Of a DNA stretch of 64,000 nt, positions 35,070 to 44,196 are shown one piece after another. The DNA comes from Candidatus Woesearchaeota archaeon (lineage in GTDB: Archaea > Nanobdellota > Nanobdellia > Woesearchaeales > UBA525), in assembly GCA_028818155.1 (NCBI GenBank), contig JAPPOH010000006.1:16557-80556 (forward strand), in the 5' to 3' direction. The position numbers and the translations under genes were made by a program. Numbering within the stretch: position 1 is the stretch's first letter; each line of letters opens with the position of its first letter. A model generated the notes under the pieces. That model had not been told where the DNA came from, ran no database searches, and saw only the letters and a program-made list of their open reading frames with translations.

Positions 35070-36061
35070 TATCTTTCAGCAACGACTGCGCCTTTTCTTC
35101 CATCAGAATACAACCGTACAGCCTCCCCAGTCAGTATACTCCCACCTGCTCTCGCGAAATACAATCTATCTCTCATTACTCGTAGAGGGACCCCTTGTAA
35201 TTGGTCAATACCCTCTGTCATGATAATCGCTTGTGCATTCGGAACCAATGTGTCGAGCGGTCTTGGCGCGTACCAGCCATGTCCTTGCAATTCGAAGAGG
35301 CATACTTGATCACCAATATCTTTTCCTAACTGCCGTATTGTTGCGTCAAAAGCATCGTAAAATTCCATACCGAAAAAACCAGGTTTTGTCTTTGCTGCAT
35401 TTTCAGCATATGCTCTCTCAAGTCCACAGAGACGCCATCCTTCTATCATAGGTTTTGCTTTCTCAGGTCCTGAGAGTTGTTCGATTTGTTCATAATACTT
35501 GTGGTTCATGCTATGTGCGTATCTGCCTACATCAAAGGCACGAAGGGATATTAAGCGTATTCCCTCAGGAGGTGTGATCCCGAATACCATGTTGCATTTG
35601 TGTGTGGCATCTATTTTATCGCAGTCTAGTTCCCAGTCAGCAGTTTCCATGCTTCGAAATGGTTCGATTGCCTGTAGCAGAAGAGGGTCTACAGCAAATC
35701 GCATACAATAAGAACGATCGTCTTGAATTACCGGTGTCTCTTCAATCTTCCTGTATACTTCAAGTACTTGCTCTAAATCCCCAAGTCCGATCCGTTCAAG
35801 TAGATCGTCTCTGCTTTCACATCCATAATATACATCTTCCATGCTTTGCGCTTGTTTTGTTGCTTCGTTGTACAGTACTCTCTGCACGTAGTGCATCCTT
35901 CGAGGGCGTTTTATTCCCGTGATGAGAAAGTGCTCCTCTACGTGTGGGTGACGAAGTATATTCCATTCGCTTGCAGATCGTGGTGCTGTTTCTTTTTGTA
36001 TAGGAATACTTGCGTCAGCATCAAGGATACGTTTGACTAGTTCTTTCTCCTCTTCAGTCAT
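35069..36061 (-). CDS. hypothetical protein (330 aa)
   Basis: Long uninterrupted ORF ending inside the dinB promoter box. No family recognised. Confidence 0.55.
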   Translation of the reverse strand: MTEEEKELVKRILDADASIPIQKETAPRSASEWNILRHPHVEEHFLITGIKRPRRMHYVQRVLYNEATKQAQSMEDVYYGCESRDDLLERIGLGDLEQVLEVYRKIEETPVIQDDRSYCMRFAVDPLLLQAIEPFRSMETADWELDCDKIDATHKCNMVFGITPPEGIRLISLRAFDVGRYAHSMNHKYYEQIEQLSGPEKAKPMIEGWRLCGLERAYAENAAKTKPGFFGMEFYDAFDATIRQLGKDIGDQVCLFELQGHGWYAPRPLDTLVPNAQAIIMTEGIDQLQGVPLRVMRDRLYFARAGGSILTGEAVRLYSDGRKGAVVAER

Positions 36062-36115
36062 CTTTTCGGTGGCGCCACCACAACATATAAATACTCTCCC
36101 CCCCTTAGTACGTTA

Positions 36116-36877
36116 ATGTTAGCTGTCCTCGAGGAAATCGGTTTGACGAAAGGAGAACGAAAAATCTACCTCGCACTCCTGGAACTCGGCGCCACAAGCG
36201 TTGGCAAGATCATCAAACACTCGAAAATCTCAGGTTCAAAGACGTACGAAGTCCTCGACAGGTTAATCGCAAAGGGCCTCGTGAACTATAGCACGAAAGG
36301 AAAGGTCAAATACTTTGAGGCAGCGCCGCCAGAACGCATCCTCGATTACATACAAGAGAAAGAAATGAAACTTCAGGAAACAAAGCAGCACGCACAAGCA
36401 ATCCTGCCAGAACTCCAAGCGAAACAAGCAGCTGCACAACACCAAAACGACGCGAAAGTCTACATCGGACTGAAAGGACTCAAGACAGCATACATCGAAG
36501 CAAAGAAAGATGGCAAGAAAGGCGGCACCATCTACGGCATGTTCATCCCGCCAGTCTCAGAACCACTCTTATCATTCTTTCCAGCGTGGATCAGCGATTT
36601 CTGCAAACGATACAAGGTAAAAGACCTCATGCTCTTTAATGAACGAGTTCCTGAAATCGATCTCGTCAAAAACATTCCGGGTGTGGAAGTCCGCATCATC
36701 CCCAAAGCAATGCGCTCACCTACGGAAATCACCATTATCGAGCAGAACGTGATCATCTCCACGACAGGTGGCGATCAATATTTTACCACAGTCATTCGGA
36801 ATAAAGAAGTAGCAGCTTCATTCACAGAATACTTTCATTCTCTCTGGGAGATCTCGAAGAAGGTAGCAAATTCTTAA
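36116..36877 (+). CDS. TrmB-family transcriptional regulator (paralog 4)
   Basis: 253 aa. LEEIGLTKGERKIYLALLELGATSVGKIIKHSKI. TATA catataaata about 25 nt upstream. Confidence 0.8.
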   Translation: MLAVLEEIGLTKGERKIYLALLELGATSVGKIIKHSKISGSKTYEVLDRLIAKGLVNYSTKGKVKYFEAAPPERILDYIQEKEMKLQETKQHAQAILPELQAKQAAAQHQNDAKVYIGLKGLKTAYIEAKKDGKKGGTIYGMFIPPVSEPLLSFFPAWISDFCKRYKVKDLMLFNERVPEIDLVKNIPGVEVRIIPKAMRSPTEITIIEQNVIISTTGGDQYFTTVIRNKEVAASFTEYFHSLWEISKKVANS

Positions 36878-36935
36878 CACTGCCCTTCTACGCGTGGCCA
36901 AAGCATTTATCTAGGACAAGGCGCACTCCGCGTCC

Positions 36936-37591
36936 ATGGACAAGGTTCAGAAAACCATCGAGAGCTACGATAACACAGTTGCAGAATACGCCGACAAGGT
37001 CAGTGGACTCCAACCAGCAGAAATACATCAATTTCTGGCACTCCTGACAGAACATGCACACATTCTCGACGTTGGGTGCGGTTCTGGACGAGACGCAGCA
37101 CACTTCATACACAGGGCTGCACTGTTACAGGCATCGATCTCTCCACACAGATGATTCAGCATGCACAGCAGCAAGTTCCCAGCGCAACATTCCACGCCAT
37201 GGATCTTCGAACACTTAAGTTTCCAGATGCTTCCTTCGACGCAATATGGGCGAACGCAAGTTATGTGCACATCACAAGAAAGGAACTCCTGCTTGCACTC
37301 AGAGAAGCGCATCGTGTTCTCAAACCAAATGGTGTGCTCTACGTCTCGATGAAGCAAGGCGATGGAGAGCGGCTGATTCCAGATGATCGGTACGGCGGTG
37401 TTGAAAAGTTCTGGTGTTTTGTGCAGCAAGAAGAGCTCGAAACGTACTTGCAGGAGGCGGGATTCACGATTGTTTCCTCGCATGTAAAGCACGTGGACAG
37501 TACGTATGCAACGAATCCGTGGATCTGTGTGTCGTGCGTGAGCAGAAAAGTATCGGAAGAAGGAAAAGTAGCATCAAACCGATACTTTTAA
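36936..37591 (+). pseudogene. class I SAM-dependent methyltransferase interrupted by a frameshift
   Basis: ORF 36936..37154 carries motif I (ILDVGCGSGRDAAHF). ORF 37076..37591, in another frame, continues with GCTVTGIDLS...FDAIWANASYVH...LKPNGVLY. The frames switch near 37100-37115. Confidence 0.7.
37547..37588 (+). repeat. 42-nt hairpin repeat, copy A (AAAGTATCGG-N22-CCGATACTTT)
   Basis: Read directly. 35 of 42 positions identical to copy B, with fully conserved 10-nt inverted arms. Overlaps the methyltransferase 3' end. Confidence 0.75.
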
Positions 37592-37616
37592 GAGGAATAA
37601 CATCTCCCCCTATGCT

Positions 37617-38528
37617 ATGCCCGCAGACATATTCACACGGATAGCAAAAAAAAAGAAGCAGCTAGACGAGCTTAGGCCATTCGATGCAACGCAAGTGGCC
37701 CTCTTGAAAGAACAACTTGCAATTGAGTACATCTACAACTCAACATCCATTGAAGGGAATACACTCACATTAAACGAAACAAAGCTCGTTCTCCAAGAAG
37801 GTATCACAATTGGTGGGAAGCCACTCAGAGAACATCTTGACGTTCAGAATCAACAAGAAGCACTTACATATATTGAATCCATTTTGAAAAAGAAACGCAT
37901 CAGAGAAGTTGACATCTTAAAACTGCATAGCATCACATTGAAAGGCATCTCTGACTACTGGGCAGGACGGTACAAAACCTCACAGAATAGAATCATTGGT
38001 TCGCGTTTGAAAACGACACCACCATATAAAGTGCACACTGAGATGAAACAACTCGTACGCATGTTACGAGAGAAAATGCATCCTGTGGTCCTAGCTGCGA
38101 AAGCACATCATGAACTTGTACGCATTCACCCCTTCGTTGATGGCAATGGGCGAACAGCGCGATTATTGACAAATCTTCTCCTCATGAAACATGGGTACGC
38201 CCCTATCATTATTCAACAAAAAGATCGGAAGAAATACTTTGCCGCACTTGAACAAGCACACAGAGGAGATGTTGAACCGTTTCAGCTCTTCATTGCACGT
38301 GCAGAGGATGCAGCACTCTTGACGTATCTGAATGCGTTGAGACGAACAACGAAAAAAACGGAACTTCTACCGCTCAACGAGTTAACGGGCGTATATTCAC
38401 AAGAATATTTGAGTTTTCTCGCTCGAAGAGGTATGCTGAGTGCAACGAAAATCAATGGTATCTGGCACAGCACGAGAGATGCGTTACAAGAGTACATTGC
38501 ATCGAAAAGAAAGTATCGGAAGAAGTGA
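37617..38528 (+). CDS. Fic-family protein (AMPylase-type)
   Basis: 303 aa. Canonical Fic motif HPFVDGNGRTARLL. TATA cttttaagagg overlaps the methyltransferase stop. Confidence 0.9.
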   Translation: MPADIFTRIAKKKKQLDELRPFDATQVALLKEQLAIEYIYNSTSIEGNTLTLNETKLVLQEGITIGGKPLREHLDVQNQQEALTYIESILKKKRIREVDILKLHSITLKGISDYWAGRYKTSQNRIIGSRLKTTPPYKVHTEMKQLVRMLREKMHPVVLAAKAHHELVRIHPFVDGNGRTARLLTNLLLMKHGYAPIIIQQKDRKKYFAALEQAHRGDVEPFQLFIARAEDAALLTYLNALRRTTKKTELLPLNELTGVYSQEYLSFLARRGMLSATKINGIWHSTRDALQEYIASKRKYRKK

Positions 38529-38551
38529 AAATAGGTGTAAACCGATACTTT
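38510..38551 (+). repeat. 42-nt hairpin repeat, copy B
   Basis: AAAGTATCGGAAGAAGTGAAAATAGGTGTAAACCGATACTTT. Overlaps the Fic stop codon. Confidence 0.75.
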
Positions 38552-38589
38552 CTATTTCTGCAATGTTCTTCATTTCTCATGCTGCTTGA

Positions 38590-38936
38590 TTTTCTTATTG
38601 TATCACTCAACAGCAAGATATTGTGAAAGCAAAGAAACCAGAAGAATTACTCGAGTGAAATACCAAACTTTTTTGCATATTTCCGAGCAACAACATCTCG
38701 TGCTTGAACGAGTTCCTGAAATCGATCTCGTCAAGAATATTCCTGGTGTTGAAGTCCGCATCATCCCGAAAGCGATGCGCTCACCTACTGAAATCACCAT
38801 TATCGAGCAGAACGTGATCATCTCAACGACTGGCGGCGATCAATATTTTACAACAGTCATCAGAAATAGTGCAGTCGCGCAATCATTCAGAGAATATTTC
38901 TATTCGATTTGGGATGTCTCCAAAAAAAAGGATTAG
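38590..38936 (+). pseudogene. mosaic scar: vapC 3' remnant, RHH 3' remnant (opposite strand) and a TrmB C-terminal fragment
   Basis: 38614-38658 encodes QDIVKAKKPEELLE-stop (compare QDITQAKKPEELLY-stop at 30601-30643). 38650-38705 on the minus strand encodes ..ARKYAKKFGISLE-stop (compare the end of 30632..30901). From 38707 on, the sequence parallels 36641-36877 and encodes ERVPEIDLVKNIPGVEVRIIPKAMRSPTEITIIEQNVIISTTGGDQYFTTVIRN, identical to TrmB paralog 4. Confidence 0.7.
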
Positions 38937-40174
38937 TCAAACCGCGCTAACTCACCGATCGCGCAGTGCGCGCCGCCAAGGAGCTTCGGAAGGTGCTCAA
39001 ATTCTGGCGAAACAACCGTAAGGCCATCGTCATGCAAATACTGCACAGTCGTCTCATTCTCAAGAGAAGGTACAACAACGGTGCCTCGTTTCGTTCCCGA
39101 CATGTTGAGTGCGAGCGCCTGTTGCTCTTCTATCGGAATCTCTCGGTGTTGCATTCCTCGGAAGTGTTCGTAGAAGCCCTCCTGCTGCGTTCCTGCGTAT
39201 TCGTTCCGTCCTTCAACAACGATGTCACAACAGATCTCTGGGCAGCCATACAAGACGCCTTCTATTGGTTCTTTCGCGATAAGATCGAGGTGCATCCGCG
39301 ATTGGATATGTGCAAACTGCTCTTGCTCTGCAGGGACGTGTTCACCTGTCAAGACAAGTGCATACACAGGTGCATCAATCATGCCTGCAATTTGGTGGAT
39401 GGCTGCTGCTGATGTGCGCATACCATACCCGACATCCTGGCCAATGTAGACTGCACCGTCAATGAACGCAACATCTGCGTACTCAAATACTCCCTCGATC
39501 GGAAAGAGGGTGCCATAGCCCATTTGCATGAGTCCCTGTGCGACAACATCTGGCTCTGGTTGACGGATTGGATACTTCATCGTGCCCTTGAAATTGTAAC
39601 CGTGGATTACACCTGAGTTATCACACTGATAGATGATATTTCCAAGCGGTAATGCGTGTTCAAGGGTCAATGCATGATTTGCTGCAATAGCGTGCGGCAT
39701 ACTATTGTAGTGAAATGCCTCTTGATACAACAGTTGCTCAGCCTGATCAATAGGAATACCTTCATATGTGGCCGCAACTTTCTCCAAGAATGCCTGCGGT
39801 GATAGTGAAGAAGGCTGCAGTGAAGCGGCAAACGCCCCACGGAGGTCACGAACAGTAACACCGTGGCTTGTGAGCAAGGATCCAAGTCCTCCTATGATTT
39901 CACGCCGAATCGCAAGCGCATCAAACGTATCACCGCTAAACAAGGATGTGTGTGGATCATACAGTTGGGCTGCAAGGATCTCAATACCTGGAGGAAAGAT
40001 TGTTGCCTCACGTAGCGAACTGTGTGTCTCTTCAATGCGTATAGTCTTTTTTTGTTGTGCTGGAAGCATGTGCCTACAACGTTCACGCTTCTTTAAAAGT
40101 TCAGTGACCTGTTTCCGACGAGCGAGTGCCGTTCTGTCCGGTGTCGAACAAGTAACCCCGAAGATACCATTCAT
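38933..40174 (-). CDS. amidinotransferase / arginine deiminase-superfamily protein (tentative)
   Basis: 413 aa. The C-terminal LLGGAHCAIGEL resembles the catalytic GG.HC.T motif of guanidino-group modifying enzymes. Confidence 0.45.
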   Translation of the reverse strand: MNGIFGVTCSTPDRTALARRKQVTELLKKRERCRHMLPAQQKKTIRIEETHSSLREATIFPPGIEILAAQLYDPHTSLFSGDTFDALAIRREIIGGLGSLLTSHGVTVRDLRGAFAASLQPSSLSPQAFLEKVAATYEGIPIDQAEQLLYQEAFHYNSMPHAIAANHALTLEHALPLGNIIYQCDNSGVIHGYNFKGTMKYPIRQPEPDVVAQGLMQMGYGTLFPIEGVFEYADVAFIDGAVYIGQDVGYGMRTSAAAIHQIAGMIDAPVYALVLTGEHVPAEQEQFAHIQSRMHLDLIAKEPIEGVLYGCPEICCDIVVEGRNEYAGTQQEGFYEHFRGMQHREIPIEEQQALALNMSGTKRGTVVVPSLENETTVQYLHDDGLTVVSPEFEHLPKLLGGAHCAIGELARFD

Positions 40175-40206
40175 TTAAGAAGAAGAATGCATAAAACCAT
40201 ACCAGT

Positions 40207-40413
40207 ATGACAACGATGCACCTGATCGCGTGGGCAAACGCAAAGGTCAAGAAGATGACAATCTGGGATGTCAAGATGGTCAAGTGGGCGATGTTGTTCC
40301 TTGGCATGATCATCGGCGCGTACGTCGCAGACTTCGTCAAAACCTACGTTGTGTGGTTCGTGATCGCGTGCATCATGTTGTACGTCCTCATTTTAACGAG
40401 AATATTCAGGTGA
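40207..40413 (+). CDS. small two-helix membrane protein (paralog 1 of 3)
   Basis: 68 aa. Shared KKM.IWD/KWWD motif and GxIIGAYV helix with 41360..41563. Confidence 0.55.
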   Translation: MTTMHLIAWANAKVKKMTIWDVKMVKWAMLFLGMIIGAYVADFVKTYVVWFVIACIMLYVLILTRIFR

Positions 40414-40417
40414 TAGC

Positions 40418-40630
40418 ATGAATTTATTTGAACGAACCGAACACCTATGTAAGCAAATGAAATGGTGGGATGTCTCTCTGCTGAAGAGCAGCGTGTTTTT
40501 CTTCACACTCTTCCTGTTCACCGTATGGAGTGGATTCCAATCCTTTGTGCTTGGTATTGCATGGTACTGGTGGCTCGCACTGAGTCTTATCGTTGCAATT
40601 CCACTCTGGAAAAAAATGTTTTCGAGGTAG
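40418..40630 (+). CDS. small two-helix membrane protein (paralog 2 of 3)
   Basis: 70 aa. Preceded by ATATTCAGGTGATAGC (SD GGTGAT), identical to the sequence preceding paralog 3. Confidence 0.55.
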   Translation: MNLFERTEHLCKQMKWWDVSLLKSSVFFFTLFLFTVWSGFQSFVLGIAWYWWLALSLIVAIPLWKKMFSR

Positions 40631-40675
40631 GCACTGGAAAAATCCAATTAGTACCTTTTTCAAGTAGAAACATTT

Positions 40676-41308
40676 ATGAATGTTCTTCACTTCCGTAAAC
40701 GGATAATGCAACGAATCATGTCTCGACGAAGTGTTCTAGCCTCATTAATTGTTGCTCCGCAAGCAGCGCAAGCAGCAGTAGAGGCGATAACATCTACGAA
40801 GCGAAGCAGTAGAATAGCAGAAAAAGCATCGAAGATCAGAAAACTGCTCGAAAGAGCATACCCTATGCTGGCCAACACTGAAATACCGTTCGCAGCGAAG
40901 ACAGAAGATGGCTACGTGTGTATAAGACATGGAGGGGACAGAATTTTTGGAGCGGGTGTTCCAAGTAGAGGCAACGCAGTAGTAGATGCACTCATCGGGA
41001 ATGAACAATTCCGGGATGTATATTTTAGGATTCCGGAGATCCATAACAGTGTTCGCTTCAGAAATTTTTCCCCCTTTGGAGAGCTTGCTGGCGATGATAC
41101 GTTTAGCTTCAACTATGATGGAACTACCACGTACAAATTCGATGGGTCACGTGAAAGTGTGCATGATATTTCATCTGGTAAAGAACTAACAACAACACTA
41201 ACACAAACTGATTTTGATCGCATTGAGAGAACTGCGAACTCCCATGTTGATAGAATCCTTGGTCAAGTTCTGAAGGCAGCAAAAGAGTTTACACCAGCAG
41301 GCTACTAA
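40676..41308 (+). CDS. secreted hypothetical protein with twin-arginine-like signal
   Basis: 210 aa. MSRRSVLASLIVAPQAAQAA near the N-terminus. Confidence 0.5.
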   Translation: MNVLHFRKRIMQRIMSRRSVLASLIVAPQAAQAAVEAITSTKRSSRIAEKASKIRKLLERAYPMLANTEIPFAAKTEDGYVCIRHGGDRIFGAGVPSRGNAVVDALIGNEQFRDVYFRIPEIHNSVRFRNFSPFGELAGDDTFSFNYDGTTTYKFDGSRESVHDISSGKELTTTLTQTDFDRIERTANSHVDRILGQVLKAAKEFTPAGY

Positions 41309-41359
41309 TTCTCCTCTTAATTTATATATTCTACTACTAAAAGATATTCAGGTGATAGC

Positions 41360-41563
41360 ATGAACGTATTCGAATGGGCAGAAAAGAAAATACACAACAT
41401 GAAATGGTGGGATATGAGCATGGTCAAGACCGTTAGTTTGCTATTCGGTCTTATCATCGGCGCATACGTCTCAGGATTTGTGCAAGACAACATCACTGTG
41501 CTTGTAGTACTTACTGCCGCATTATGGGCATTCGGCGCGTACCGGTTCTTTTTCAGGTACTAG
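41360..41563 (+). CDS. small two-helix membrane protein (paralog 3 of 3)
   Basis: 67 aa. MNVFEWAEKKIHNMKWWDMSMVKTVSLLFGLIIGAYVSGFV. Confidence 0.55.
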   Translation: MNVFEWAEKKIHNMKWWDMSMVKTVSLLFGLIIGAYVSGFVQDNITVLVVLTAALWAFGAYRFFFRY

Positions 41564-42860
41564 GTAGTAATCGAGAACGGAGTTTCCCATCGTGTACGCC
41601 ATCAATAACACAATTCCTTACGTAATAGAGCCCATCAGGGGCTTCTGTGCGTAAAGGATCTATGTCGAACACACCTGCTGCCAGGTGTTGAAGAATGCTC
41701 TCGTGGTTTTCTGCAGGAGTCTGCATGCGTTCCTTGTCTTCAAACTGTGGAAGAAACATGAGATGTGGGTGCTGCATAATCTTCACTGTCCCTTCAACAG
41801 GGTTGTCAAAGTAAAATCGCTTCCTATCTAAGTGTTGTATTCCTTGTATATCAAGAATAGGGCTTTGTACTGGAAGCCCCCTTGTAGCAGCATATTCTAT
41901 CATTTCATGCAAGTGCTGTGCTGTGACTGCATCTCGGAACTCGAAGCTGCCAAACTCTAGGCCTTGTTGCTCAAGGGAGAATGCTATTTTTCCCTGAACA
42001 ACATCGTGGTGCGGGTACCATGAATAAAATGTTCCTTGTTGGATGACATCAAACGATGTGCATTGTTGCATAACATAGTCGTGCGCTTGTGCCTGAAGCA
42101 ATTTGTGTAAGATACGAGGTTCTGTTATTTTTTCCGTGATTGATGGCGAGTGTGTTGCAAGGTGCGTGTAGAAACGTTCTATGAATTCCTGCGGCAGTTG
42201 CAAGTGCGCAGCGTGTTGCTCATCATACATCACCGTTGTATCATCGCGAGGATCTCCTTCGACAAATGTTATTGCTGGGTTTTGCTCGTACGCGTCGTGT
42301 ATGAGTCTGGCGTAAAATTCTTCTTGCATGGCAGGATGTTCCCAATATACATCAAGAGAGTGTCCTGCAGGGATCGTCTGGAACCCTTCGAGTACAAGTG
42401 TTCGCACATGACGCGTCACATCTTGAAAAAATTGTTGTCGCTGCTGATAATATGCTCCATCGTGGAGTATGCCTGTCAGAAAAACATCCATTCCATGCAC
42501 TCTCCTCCACACCACTTCTGTACTGAAGTCTGCATGAGTATATCCAACAGAAAACCTTCGGCATCGATCGATATGTGCTGTTCTTTCACGACGATCTTGA
42601 GCAAATACTTTGAGGAGTTGGAGCGTTGCATGGTAGTCGTGCTCTGGATCCCCCCACTCTGTATCAAGTGCTGCAAGGTGTTCTTCCCATCGCGGAGCAT
42701 CACGGAAATCGTGAGATGTGTACTGCATTCCTCGTTCTTCACACTGCACCCCCCAGCCGATTGGGTCTGTGAGCGCATTCACAATTACATCTATCGTTGT
42801 TTCTTCAGGTCTATGTACTTCCGGTGTTACTTCGAGTGCTCGTTTGTATGCGGGGTCCAT
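41553..42860 (-). CDS. hypothetical protein (435 aa)
   Basis: Long ORF rich in His and acidic residues. No family recognised. Confidence 0.55.
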   Translation of the reverse strand: MDPAYKRALEVTPEVHRPEETTIDVIVNALTDPIGWGVQCEERGMQYTSHDFRDAPRWEEHLAALDTEWGDPEHDYHATLQLLKVFAQDRRERTAHIDRCRRFSVGYTHADFSTEVVWRRVHGMDVFLTGILHDGAYYQQRQQFFQDVTRHVRTLVLEGFQTIPAGHSLDVYWEHPAMQEEFYARLIHDAYEQNPAITFVEGDPRDDTTVMYDEQHAAHLQLPQEFIERFYTHLATHSPSITEKITEPRILHKLLQAQAHDYVMQQCTSFDVIQQGTFYSWYPHHDVVQGKIAFSLEQQGLEFGSFEFRDAVTAQHLHEMIEYAATRGLPVQSPILDIQGIQHLDRKRFYFDNPVEGTVKIMQHPHLMFLPQFEDKERMQTPAENHESILQHLAAGVFDIDPLRTEAPDGLYYVRNCVIDGVHDGKLRSRLLPST

Positions 42861-42912
42861 AGTAGTGGTAAGCAGAGAAAACTACTTAAATCAAAAACCA
42901 CCCATAGGTGGT

Positions 42913-43617
42913 ATGTACCATCAGCGTCTGCTTTTCAAGCACCCGTGCTATTTTTGCGATCTGACTGAAGGAAACAACCTCACTGCATTCATCATCGCTG
43001 AAGTTGGCATCGAGAATGCTCACCAACTCATCATTGAAATTCGTGGAAACGCTGCAGCGATACGAAAGGCATGCACACACATTAAACGAACATATCCAAC
43101 ATACAACCTGACAACGATATGGAAGCAAAAAAGGAAACATATCATCAAACTTCTCATTCCACAACAACATGATCTTGGAGGAAAACGACCAGTCGTCAAT
43201 GTTGCTGAGAAAACTGGCTGTTTGTTTAACAGAATGGTAGGCATTCCGCACAAAGGAGCGCAAGGATGGGAATTCCTTAAAGTGTATGCGCGAACGAAAA
43301 CAGGGTTAAAGAAATTTGCCGCTGAACTCGAGCGCATTGGTGAAGTCACAATAGGATCACCCATTCAAAAAACACACTTTCCAACCGCATCTGACTATCT
43401 ATCAGTTTTACTGCAAGACGCAGAGAAGTGCACGCTTACGGAAAAGCAAGAAAAACTTGTTGAAATCGCACACAAACACGGATTCTATACGTATCCAAGA
43501 AAGACATCCATAGTAAAGTTAGCAAAAAACCAGCTGCGAAATCCAAAAACAGTACAGGAAATGATTAGAAAAGCCGAACAAAAAATTGTTACTGCATACT
43601 TGTTGAGCAAATCATGA
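42913..43617 (+). CDS. HTH_10 (bacterio-opsin activator-type) transcriptional regulator
   Basis: ORF 42718..43617. The ATG at 42913 follows TATA acttaaatc. C-terminal LTEKQEKLVEIAHKHGFYTYPRKTSIVKLAKNQLRNPKTVQEMIRKAEQKIV. Confidence 0.7.
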   Translation: MYHQRLLFKHPCYFCDLTEGNNLTAFIIAEVGIENAHQLIIEIRGNAAAIRKACTHIKRTYPTYNLTTIWKQKRKHIIKLLIPQQHDLGGKRPVVNVAEKTGCLFNRMVGIPHKGAQGWEFLKVYARTKTGLKKFAAELERIGEVTIGSPIQKTHFPTASDYLSVLLQDAEKCTLTEKQEKLVEIAHKHGFYTYPRKTSIVKLAKNQLRNPKTVQEMIRKAEQKIVTAYLLSKS

Positions 43618-44196
43618 ACCCCATTGCTCCTTCAGGAAGTCATCTCTGCCAGAGCGCGAGCGGTAAAACTTATACCGCACAGGGTTTTCCAAGTAATAAT
43701 TCTGGTGGTACTCCTCAGCAGGATAAAAGATCTCGAATTCCCTGATCGGCGTGACAATCGGCTCGTCAAAATACGCCGCAATAGCTTCTTTCGACTGCTC
43801 AGCAAGAGTCTTCTGTTCATCACCATGAGAGAAAATCGCTGTAGTATATTGGAAGCCACGATCAACAAACTGCCCACCGTCATCAGTCGGGTTCACCTGC
43901 CGCCAGAATACGTCCAAGAGTTCCTTATACGAAATAATTGCAGGATCGTACACGACCTGCACAACTTCAAGGTGGCCAGTACTTCCAGATGTGACCTGCT
44001 TGTACGCTGGATGTGGAACATGACCTCCCGAATACCCCGAAATAACTTCAATCACCCCTTCCTTCTTTTCGAACGGCGGCTCCATGCACCAGAAACAGCC
44101 ACCCGCAAAGGTTGCAAGCGCAGTTTCAGAAGGTTGCACCACCTCAACTGTGGAGACGCAACTCACGAAGAAAAGCAAGAGGATAAGGTATCGCAT
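43612..44196 (-). CDS. msrA: peptide-methionine (S)-S-oxide reductase, lipoprotein-type signal
   Basis: 194 aa. MRYLILLLFFVSC signal. Catalytic GGCFWCME motif. Confidence 0.9.
   Translation of the reverse strand: MRYLILLLFFVSCVSTVEVVQPSETALATFAGGCFWCMEPPFEKKEGVIEVISGYSGGHVPHPAYKQVTSGSTGHLEVVQVVYDPAIISYKELLDVFWRQVNPTDDGGQFVDRGFQYTTAIFSHGDEQKTLAEQSKEAIAAYFDEPIVTPIREFEIFYPAEEYHQNYYLENPVRYKFYRSRSGRDDFLKEQWGS

Noticed and set aside
42150-42968. 272-aa plus-strand ORF overlapping the 435-aa minus-strand gene, with similar long antisense ORFs at 22098-22844, 20002-20562 and 46126-46641
   Set aside because: Each is antisense to a longer ORF with better composition or recognisable motifs (bicupin, binding protein, transposase). 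The translations are Cys/His/Arg-rich and lack promoters at the right spacing.
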